IMG/VR virus record: IMGVR_UViG_3300039327_000009
Location: 1 to 4,983 of that record
Direction: 5' to 3' (one strand)
DNA length: 4,983 nucleotides
From: a virus
Taxonomy: Duplodnaviria; Heunggongvirae; Uroviricota; Caudoviricetes
The position numbers and the translations under genes were made by a program. Shown here in pieces: positions 1 through 4,983 of this stretch (its first letter is position 1; every line of letters starts with the position of its first letter). The notes under the pieces were generated by a model. That model saw only the letters and a list, made by a program, of their open reading frames with translations, was not told where the DNA came from and ran no database searches.

Positions 1-93
1 GCAGAAAAAGCTTATTATGCTTCCATCGGAAACGATGATCTGGCAGCCTGAGTTCACAGATAAAACACTCTCCAGGAAACCCGGGGCGGTTCA
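1..93 (+). mobile_element. IS3-family insertion sequence, right-terminal segment (element body lies left of the window); includes the transposase C-terminus at 1..51
   Basis: Positions 1..93 are the exact reverse complement of 4886..4978. The inner end is ...CCCGGGGCGGTTCA (81..93), giving the TG...CA terminus typical of IS3-family elements. Frame +1 from position 1 reads [16 protein letters not shown] then stop (TGA 49..51), a plausible transposase C-terminus. Assignment to an IS629/IS3411-like element is from memory and unverified. Confidence 0.8.
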
Positions 94-664
94 TCAGGTC
101 TTCCGCGTTCATCCCTCCGGTGATGGCATCAAGTTCTTCGATTCCGGTCTTCAGGGTATCGGACTCTTCTCCGTTCCTCAGACGCCTGTCAAGCGTGTCA
201 GTGTAGTCGGTGATGATTTCCCCTAACCGTACAGGTTTAACCTCGTCACGGGGCTTTCTGATGGCTGAGAGACGTTTTACAAGTTCATCCATCGCCTGAC
301 TCGATGCGTCGATGGTTCCGCTTTGGATTGGTTCACGCATTTCATCCATGATTTCCAGCACCAGACGGCGGTGATAGTTATCCGCGACCATTCCGGCATA
401 TCCCTTCAGGTTTGCGGCGCTCGGGCAGTTTTTGCTGGTCATCAGGATTGACGTGAAATGCTCCTCTCCGCACGCCTCGGCAACCATCAGCGCGTCGATT
501 AGGTTTCTGTTTCTCGCCTGCTTCCGGATAACCTCGAAGGCTTTCCGGTAGAGCGGAATTGAAAACGCTTCCGGCTCCAGCGTTGCAAGAACGTCACTGG
601 CGGTTGGAGTTAATCCACCAATCAGCAGGCCACCGATAACGCTCGCTTCGATATCCTGTCTCAT
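94..664 (-). pseudogene. DnaB-family replicative helicase, N-terminal portion only; truncated by IS insertion at 93/94
   Basis: I translated the minus strand by hand from ATG 664..662. The frame is open to the window edge and is not in the ORF track because it has no in-window stop. It reads [20 protein letters not shown]...[33 protein letters not shown]...[17 protein letters not shown], resembling the DnaB N-terminal domain. No Walker A motif follows; past position 94 the frame runs into IS sequence. The ATG overlaps the O stop (ATGA at 661..664), suggesting translational coupling. Confidence 0.8.
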
Positions 665-1608
665 GCAATCCCCCTGTCTGCAAACTTCCCTTCCCGAACT
701 CCCGTTAACGAGTCTTCTCTCAGCAGGTAATCAAAATCAGCCGTCCAGCCCGTGTCGTTGTCTCCGAAGTAAAACGGCTTGGCCTGATGCACAAACGCCC
801 TGACATACGCTCTGAAACCGTCCACGTTTGGCGTTTTCAGTTGCGGGATGATTTTCTTCAGGCGGCGTTTTCGTTTCTCGTTGACCGCAACAGCGTGTGG
901 CAGTCTGTCACCGACTTCGGTGTTGTAGGCGTTCAGGAAGGATTCGTAGTCGATTCGTTCTGCCTTGCGACGTTCAGGTTTAACCTGCCCATCGCCTCCC
1001 CCATTGGGGGGTAGGGGGGTATTATTTATATTCTTGTTAATACCTTCTTGTTCATGATGTGCGGTTGTTTGTGCGGCTTCATGTGCGCTTTCATGTGCGG
1101 CATGTACGCTGAAAGCCGCGCTATTGCTGGCTTCATCATGTGCGGCATCATGTGCGGTTGTTTGTGCGGCTTCATGTGCGGGTAAATTGTCCATTTTTTG
1201 AGCATATTCATGGTAATTTGTGATGGTTATCACACGGCCTTTTTGCTTCTCTCCATCAATGGAGATCATCCCCTCTTTCACAAAAACCTGAAGCATCCGC
1301 TCAACCTGATCACGGCTTGCTGGCTTGCCATGTCTGTCGCATAACTGAAGACCTAAATCAGCTGCTGTCACAACCAGTTGACCGGGTTGCAGATGCCATT
1401 CATGACCTTTGAAATTCGCTTTGTATGGCTTTCTGGCGGCATTCAGGAGAAGGTTTTCCCACAGGGTGCGAAGATAAACATCTTTCGCCCATGACTGTTT
1501 CAGAATGCTCCGGTACAACGGAATGTAACCAGTTTTCTGGTTCTCCATCCTGTTGCTCCTGCGCTCGTGTGCGGCGCTGAAATCGTAGATTTTTGCTGTA
1601 TTGCTCAT
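661..1608 (-). CDS. O: Replication initiation protein, lambda O-like, with ori iterons embedded in the coding sequence
   Basis: 315-aa ORF. The N-terminus [10 protein letters not shown] resembles lambda O (MTNTAKILNF). A central His/Ala-rich low-complexity linker is encoded by the DNA iterons. The position, between cII and the helicase, fits a lambdoid replication module. Confidence 0.8.
   Translation of the reverse strand: MSNTAKIYDFSAAHERRSNRMENQKTGYIPLYRSILKQSWAKDVYLRTLWENLLLNAARKPYKANFKGHEWHLQPGQLVVTAADLGLQLCDRHGKPASRDQVERMLQVFVKEGMISIDGEKQKGRVITITNYHEYAQKMDNLPAHEAAQTTAHDAAHDEASNSAAFSVHAAHESAHEAAQTTAHHEQEGINKNINNTPLPPNGGGDGQVKPERRKAERIDYESFLNAYNTEVGDRLPHAVAVNEKRKRRLKKIIPQLKTPNVDGFRAYVRAFVHQAKPFYFGDNDTGWTADFDYLLREDSLTGVREGKFADRGIA
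1051..1182. repeat. Origin-of-replication iterons (about 9 copies of a CATGTGCGG-like 9-mer, including two ~35-bp direct repeats) inside the O-like gene
   Basis: Near-identical ~35-bp units at 1053..1087 and 1149..1182, plus further (C)ATGTGCG(G/C) copies between them. An AT-rich stretch at 1018..1050 and a C5/G6 palindrome at 1005..1018 lie downstream in the O reading direction, mirroring the lambda ori layout of iterons followed by an AT-rich region. Confidence 0.75.
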
Positions 1609-1610
1609 AA

Positions 1611-1883
1611 CTACCTGCCTTGACGAAAGACCTTAAGAACATCGTTAAACTGACTTACGGATATGTCTTCTTTGAGAAGCTTTTCCAGAAATGCGTTTGG
1701 AATGAACGTATATCCCTCCTCTTTTGGTAGAGACGGGAGCAACGCCCTCGCCTCAGCCTTCAGAAGCTCAGTTCTGGCAACTTTCACAAAAGAGATTTGA
1801 GTTCTTTCATCAATGGAACGAAGGAAGCGCAAACGCTTAGCTTCTTTGTGTGTATCAGGTGGATTAAAGCCTTTGTTTCGCAT
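1611..1883 (-). CDS. Hypothetical 90-aa basic protein between cII and O
   Basis: In-frame ATG at 1883..1881 preceded by GAGG (8-nt spacer). It starts 23 nt after the cII stop and ends 2 nt before the O start. The longer 181-aa ORF in the track (1611..2156) overlaps cII in another frame, so the downstream start is preferred. No family recognised. Confidence 0.5.
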   Translation of the reverse strand: MRNKGFNPPDTHKEAKRLRFLRSIDERTQISFVKVARTELLKAEARALLPSLPKEEGYTFIPNAFLEKLLKEDISVSQFNDVLKVFRQGR

Positions 1884-1905
1884 ATAATTACCTCGTTGGA
1901 TGTTG

Positions 1906-2199
1906 TTAAAATTCCATTTGTATTTGATCAGAACGCTCGGTTGCCGCCGGGCGTTTTTTATTGGTGAGAATCGAAGCAACTTGTCGTGCCAATCGAGCCA
2001 TGTCGTCGTCGACAACACCCCATTCAAGAACAGCAAGCAGCATTGAGAACTTTGGAATCCAGTCCCTCTTCCACCTGCTGATCTGCGACTTATCAACGCC
2101 CACAGCTTCCGCTGTCTTCTCAGTTCCAAGCATTGCGATTTTGTTAAGCAACGCACTCTCGATTCTTAGAGCCTCGTTGCGTTTGTTTGCACGAACCAT
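1906..2199 (-). CDS. cII: Transcriptional activator CII (lambda-type)
   Basis: 97-aa product MVRANKRNEALRIESALLNKIAMLGTEKTAEAVGVDKSQISRWKRDWIPKFSMLLAVLEWGVVDDDMARLARQVASILTNKKRPAATERSDQIQMEF, near-identical to lambda CII as I recall it. Start is the internal ATG at 2199 with AAGGAAAT upstream; the 126-aa track ORF is an upstream in-frame extension. Confidence 0.92.
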   Translation of the reverse strand: MVRANKRNEALRIESALLNKIAMLGTEKTAEAVGVDKSQISRWKRDWIPKFSMLLAVLEWGVVDDDMARLARQVASILTNKKRPAATERSDQIQMEF

Positions 2200-2209
2200 A
2201 TGTAAGTAT
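2177..2209 (+). promoter_or_regulatory. PRE-like CII-activated promoter (TTGC-N6-TTGC flanking the -35, putative -10 AAGTAT), directed toward cro and the repressor gene
   Basis: TTGCGTTTGTTTGC at 2177..2190 is the CII recognition repeat. It overlaps the 5' end of cII on the opposite strand, as in lambda. AAGTAT lies at 2204..2209. Confidence 0.7.
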
Positions 2210-2214
2210 TTCCT

Positions 2215-2250
2215 TAACAAATAAGAAGTTATGCGCATCAACTTATGCGC
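2215..2250 (-). terminator. Candidate tR1-like hairpin between nutR and cII
   Basis: On the minus strand, GCGCAT-AAGTTG-ATGCGC (plus 2233..2250) is followed by a U-rich tract AUAACUUCUUAUUUG. The T-run is weak, so this may be a rho-dependent or leaky site. Confidence 0.3.
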
Positions 2251-2255
2251 GTTGT

Positions 2256-2300
2256 ATTCCCGCATTTCGGCGGGAATGAGGACCATGACTGTTAAAGAGC
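2256..2300 (-). promoter_or_regulatory. nutR (boxA GCTCTTTAACA plus boxB hairpin TCCCGC-CGAAAT-GCGGGA)
   Basis: On the minus strand downstream of cro: boxA at plus 2290..2300 and boxB stem-loop at plus 2257..2276. Both are identical to the nutL copy at 3392..3432. Confidence 0.85.
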
Positions 2301-2307
2301 AATTTGC

Positions 2308-2493
2308 TTATGCCGCTTTGCGGTAAGCGCTTTCTTGATACTTCAGGGCGCCAGCTGTAACGACTTCCAGTCGATAGGCGTCTTTCTCTGGGATGACTTC
2401 CTTCCACTGAGAGACTGCTGCGTCGCTAATGCCTAACGCTTTAGCTACAGCACGCTGGGTTCCGAAGTGGTCGATAACATCTTTCTTGTACAT
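2308..2493 (-). CDS. cro: Cro repressor (P22 Cro-like)
   Basis: 61-aa product MYKKDVIDHFGTQRAVAKALGISDAAVSQWKEVIPEKDAYRLEVVTAGALKYQESAYRKAA, with an HTH (QRAVAKALGISDAAVSQW). Divergent from the repressor gene, GGAG SD 7 nt upstream, and a PR promoter immediately upstream. Confidence 0.9.
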   Translation of the reverse strand: MYKKDVIDHFGTQRAVAKALGISDAAVSQWKEVIPEKDAYRLEVVTAGALKYQESAYRKAA

Positions 2494-2507
2494 AGACTCG
2501 CTCCGAA

Positions 2508-2573
2508 ATTAAAGAACACTTAAATTATCCACTAAAGGAATCTTAAGTCAAGTTTATTTAAGATGTCTTAACT
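2508..2573. promoter_or_regulatory. OR operator cluster with PR (minus strand: -35 TTGACT at 2546..2551, 17-bp spacer, -10 ATAATT at 2523..2528) and the PRM region
   Basis: 18-bp operators fitting ANTNAAG-N4-CTTNANT: ATTAAAGAACACTTAAAT (2508..2525) and ATTTAAGATGTCTTAACT (2556..2573), with a weaker site at about 2541..2558. The repressor ATG at 2574 has no SD, so its mRNA is probably leaderless as for lambda PRM. Confidence 0.8.
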
Positions 2574-3224
2574 ATGAAAACTCAATTGATGGGAGAGCGC
2601 ATTCGCGCTCGGAGAAAAGAACTCAAGATCAGGCAGGCCGCACTTGGAAAGATGGTCGGCGTGTCTAATGTTGCCATATCTCAGTGGGAACGCTCTGAGA
2701 CAGAGCCAAATGGAGAGAATCTTCTCGCCCTGGCTAATGCGTTGAAGTGTTCCCCTGACTATCTGATGAAAGGAGAGGAAAGTCTTTCAAACATTGCCTA
2801 TCACAGTAGGCATGATCCAAGAGGGTCATACCCTCTGATTAGCTGGGTGAGCGCAGGATGCTGGATGGAAGCTGTAGAACCATATCATAAGCGTGCAATA
2901 GATAACTGGTACGATACAACCGTAGACTGTTCAGAAGATTCGTTTTGGTTGGACGTGAAGGGAGACTCAATGACGGCTCCGGCCGGTCTCAGTATCCCTG
3001 AAGGAATGATAATACTCGTCGATCCTGAAGTAGAGCCGCGTAACGGGAAACTGGTAGTTGCAAAGCTCGAAGGAGAAAACGAGGCAACTTTCAAGAAGTT
3101 AGTTATTGATGCAGGCAGGAAGTTTCTAAAACCACTTAACCCACAATATCCGATGATCGAGATCAACGGAAACTGCAAAATCATCGGCGTAGTTGTCGAT
3201 GCAAAACTAGCAAACCTTCCATAA
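2574..3224 (+). CDS. cI: Prophage repressor, CI/C2-type (N-terminal HTH, C-terminal LexA-like S24 autopeptidase domain)
   Basis: 216-aa product. HTH at QAALGKMVGVSNVAISQWE; C-terminal domain with GDSM (catalytic Ser) and VVAKLEGENEATFKKL (Lys). As I recall it, the sequence closely matches P22 C2 (MNTQLMGERIRARRK...VVVDAKLANLP). Confidence 0.93.
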   Translation: MKTQLMGERIRARRKELKIRQAALGKMVGVSNVAISQWERSETEPNGENLLALANALKCSPDYLMKGEESLSNIAYHSRHDPRGSYPLISWVSAGCWMEAVEPYHKRAIDNWYDTTVDCSEDSFWLDVKGDSMTAPAGLSIPEGMIILVDPEVEPRNGKLVVAKLEGENEATFKKLVIDAGRKFLKPLNPQYPMIEINGNCKIIGVVVDAKLANLP

Positions 3225-3248
3225 GGGGGCATTCGCCCCTTTTTTTTT
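3225..3248 (+). terminator. Rho-independent terminator immediately after the repressor gene
   Basis: GGGGC-ATTC-GCCCC hairpin (3226..3239) followed by a T9 run (3240..3248). Confidence 0.8.
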
Positions 3249-3272
3249 ATTTCCTTTAAAAATCAAAGCCAA

Positions 3273-3345
3273 ACTTAAGTTACGAAAGAAAATTTAAGTT
3301 TTCTTCAAAAATGCTCTTGACCATTAATTAAAGAGATCTTAAATT
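3273..3345 (+). promoter_or_regulatory. OL operators and PL (-35 TTGACC at 3317..3322, 17-bp spacer, -10 TAAATT at 3340..3345)
   Basis: Operator ATTAAAGAGATCTTAAAT (3327..3344) is near-identical to the OR site at 2508..2525. A second site ATTTAAGTTTTCTTCAAA lies at 3292..3309, and a palindrome AACTTAAGTT at 3272..3281. Confidence 0.75.
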
Positions 3346-3391
3346 TAAGCCATCAGCAGGACGCTGGAAGCCAAACGGAACAGATTGGCAG

Positions 3392-3432
3392 GCTCTTTAA
3401 CATTGATGGGATTGTCCCGCCGAAATGCGGGA
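3392..3432 (+). promoter_or_regulatory. nutL (boxA GCTCTTTAACA at 3392..3402; boxB hairpin TCCCGC-CGAAAT-GCGGGA at 3415..3432)
   Basis: Identical boxA and boxB to nutR, with matching spacing (12 vs 13 nt), about 45 nt downstream of the predicted PL start. Confidence 0.85.
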
Positions 3433-3745
3433 ACCAAAGAGTAGTTGGCTTTGGGGTGACGTGAAGTGCAGCTGCACGACGGCAACCGGAAGATAAGCAC
3501 CCGGCGCGTCACCGCCAAAGTCAATTCCATAGGCGTTATGCAGCCGCCACCATATTCAAGAAAGCTGCACAAGAGGTAGGAGGATTTATGTGAATGCATA
3601 ACTTCAAAACCGAGGTTAATTAAATCTCTCGATCCGAGCATCGACCTATTAGGTGGCGAGATGCTCTTTCTGCCCCTCAGTTCGAGGGGCCAGAAACCAC
3701 TTTGCAATCACTATCAATTCCAAAGTTGTTTCATCGGAGGTCAAC

Positions 3746-4045
3746 ATGACAGTAGTCATTACATATCTGGCTGACGATAACGCCAGAAATCGCCGCAGAG
3801 CACGCAGACAGGCTCAACGTGAACAGGCGATGCAAGAACAGCGACTGGCGCGAAAAATTGCGCTAAAGCTCTCTGGTTGCGTCAGAGCGGATAAAGCAGC
3901 ATCACTCGGAATCCTTCGCTGCAAGAAGGCAGATGAAGTCGAGAGTAAACAGAATCGTATTTACTACCGCAAGCCACGCAGTGAAATGGGTGTGACTTGT
4001 GTTGGTCGCCAGAAAATGAAATTAGGCAGCAAACCACTTATTTGA
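3746..4045 (+). CDS. N: N-family transcription antiterminator
   Basis: 99-aa product. N-terminal arginine-rich motif (NARNRRRARRQAQREQ); C-terminus YYRKPRSEMGVTCVGRQKMKLGSKPLI resembles the lambda and phage 21 N C-termini. GGAGG SD at 3736..3740. Positioned downstream of PL and nutL. The track ORF from 3653 is an upstream extension lacking an SD. Confidence 0.85.
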   Translation: MTVVITYLADDNARNRRRARRQAQREQAMQEQRLARKIALKLSGCVRADKAASLGILRCKKADEVESKQNRIYYRKPRSEMGVTCVGRQKMKLGSKPLI

Positions 4046-4053
4046 GGTGATAT

Positions 4054-4524
4054 ATGACAAAATCATGGAGCGTACCTTTTCCTGAATCAGAAACTGAACA
4101 TGATGGAATGCCTGTTTTCTGGAGATTCCAAGCGACAGTTGAAGAAGATGGAATCAAAATATTCGCACTTCAATATATAGCTTTTCATCAGACAGAGCAT
4201 TATGCATGGTTGGTTCCTGCGCATTGGATTGTTAATTTTAAACCAGCACCAAATCAGTGGTTACAGGAATGGAAACAAAGGAGAAATAGATATGCAATTA
4301 AGAAAGTAGCAAAAAATGCAGAAAGATCTTTTGCATTCCCGACGAAGAAACTTGCCATTGAAAGTTTATTGCGCCGGAAGAAATACCATTTGATGAGAAT
4401 CAAACAAGATTTGGCTGTTGTATCAACTCTTGTTGATGGGATGAAGAATATTGATACATCAACACCAGGTATTGAATATAACTTTGGACACAACCAAGAA
4501 ACAGAAAACTGGGTGTTTTATTAG
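4054..4524 (+). CDS. Hypothetical protein (156 aa), AT-rich accessory (moron-like) gene downstream of N
   Basis: ATG at 4054 with GAGGTGA SD overlapping the N stop. Visibly lower GC than neighbouring genes (by eye, not computed). Trp/aromatic-rich N-terminal half, basic C-terminal half, no obvious transmembrane segment or catalytic motif. No family recognised. Confidence 0.6.
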   Translation: MTKSWSVPFPESETEHDGMPVFWRFQATVEEDGIKIFALQYIAFHQTEHYAWLVPAHWIVNFKPAPNQWLQEWKQRRNRYAIKKVAKNAERSFAFPTKKLAIESLLRRKKYHLMRIKQDLAVVSTLVDGMKNIDTSTPGIEYNFGHNQETENWVFY

Positions 4525-4628
4525 TACGAATAAGCACTGTGTATTCATTCCAACGAGTGAATACACGGAGCAATGTCGCTCGTAACTAAACAGGAGCCGA
4601 CTTGTTCTGATTATTGGAAATCTTCTTT

Positions 4629-4653
4629 GCCCTCCAGTGTGAGGGCTTTTTTA
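4629..4653 (+). terminator. Rho-independent terminator (tL1-like) after the 156-aa gene
   Basis: GCCCTC-CAGTGT-GAGGGC hairpin (4629..4646) followed by TTTTTTAT. Confidence 0.65.
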
Positions 4654-4718
4654 TATGCATACCAATAACGCTTCACTCGAGGCGTTTTCGTTATGCAATC
4701 AAACAGAAGGAGCATCCT

Positions 4719-4885
4719 ATGCAACAGTTCGCTATTGCAGGGGCGGCATCGGTTCGCCCTTTCAACCCGATTTTATCGGTACAGCATTCACGAAAAAACA
4801 TTTTAACCGGAGCAGACTTTAAACAACCAAGAATGAAAAGCTTGCTCGAAAAGCTTTGGGATATTTTGAAACAACAAGGCCGTCC
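4719..4885 (+). pseudogene. Small hypothetical gene truncated by IS insertion after codon 55 (frame continues into IS sequence to the stop at 4925)
   Basis: Strong SD AAGGAG at 4707..4712 with a 6-nt spacer to ATG 4719. Product begins MQQFAIAGAASVRPFNPILSVQHSRKNILTGADFKQPRMKSLLEKLWDILKQQGRPE. The IS terminus begins at 4886, so the last ~13 residues are IS-derived. The track start at 4614 lies upstream of the terminator and is unlikely. Confidence 0.45.
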
Positions 4886-4983
4886 TGAACCGCCCCGGGT
4901 TTCCTGGAGAGTGTTTTATCTGTGAACTCAGGCTGCCAGATCATCGTTTCCGATGGAAGCATAATAAGCTTTTTCTGCTTCTG
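4886..4983 (-). mobile_element. IS3-family insertion sequence, right-terminal segment in inverted orientation (element body lies right of the window); transposase C-terminus on the minus strand at 4928..4983
   Basis: TGAACCGCCCCGGG... begins at 4886. Positions 4886..4978 are a perfect reverse complement of 1..93, and 4979..4983 continue as further IS sequence. Confidence 0.8.

Noticed and set aside
17-226. 69-aa plus-strand ORF
   Set aside because: It is antisense to the helicase reading frame and begins inside the IS terminus. No SD; judged a frame artefact.
787-1014. 75-aa plus-strand ORF inside O
   Set aside because: Antisense to the well-supported O-like gene; no RBS.
1026-1211. 61-aa minus-strand ORF rich in His, Met, Pro and Lys
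   Set aside because: It is an alternative-frame translation of the ori iterons within O; the repetitive peptide is a by-product of the DNA repeats.
1400-1642. 80-aa minus-strand ORF overlapping the O start
   Set aside because: It overlaps the O N-terminus in another frame, and its start would lie inside the 90-aa ORF; no support.
1961-2224. 87-aa plus-strand ORF
   Set aside because: Antisense to cII and lying in the PRE leader; cII identity is strong, so this is spurious.
1906-2286. 126-aa extended form of cII
   Set aside because: The internal ATG at 2199 gives the canonical 97-aa CII with a proper RBS; the upstream extension would run through the nutR and tR1 region.
2885-3232. 115-aa minus-strand ORF
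   Set aside because: Antisense to the repressor gene, low-complexity Ser/Thr-rich translation, and it runs through the terminator.
3345-3707. 120-aa minus-strand ORF across the N leader
   Set aside because: No SD; it spans nutL and the structured leader on the antisense strand and its composition is not protein-like. The region is better explained as a structured 5' leader, though it cannot be fully excluded without expression data.
3653-3745. Upstream in-frame extension of N (ATG at 3653)
   Set aside because: That ATG sits inside the boxA-like element and has no SD; the ATG at 3746 has GGAGG at the right spacing.
4254-4493. 79-aa minus-strand ORF
   Set aside because: Antisense to the 156-aa gene in an AT-rich region; the Phe/Leu-rich translation is typical of antisense artefacts.
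4614-4718. Upstream start for the rightmost small ORF
   Set aside because: That start lies upstream of and across the rho-independent terminator (4629..4653) and lacks an SD; the ATG at 4719 has a strong AAGGAG.
1-4983. CRISPR array, tRNA, rRNA, integrase or attachment site
   Set aside because: No regularly spaced direct repeats with unique spacers, no cloverleaf-like tRNA candidates and no integrase-like ORF were seen; the only long repeats are the IS termini and the ori iterons.

Overview
The window is the immunity and early-replication core of a lambdoid prophage, bracketed at both ends by inverted copies of an IS3-family insertion sequence terminus. Gene order is: DnaB-like helicase (minus, truncated by the IS at 93/94) <- O-like replication initiator with embedded ori iterons <- 90-aa unknown ORF <- cII <- cro | cI-type repressor (plus) -> N-type antiterminator -> 156-aa AT-rich unknown gene -> terminator -> small gene truncated by the second IS copy at 4885/4886. 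Divergent PR/PRM and PL with 18-bp operators, PRE with TTGC-N6-TTGC, and matching nutL/nutR boxA+boxB elements are readable directly. The region looks mosaic: the repressor, Cro and operators resemble phage P22 C2/Cro, while cII resembles lambda cII. All protein identifications are from recollection of family sequences and motif reading, not from a database search. The best candidates for something undescribed are the AT-rich 156-aa gene after N, the 90-aa ORF between cII and O, and the unusually long, structured N leader.
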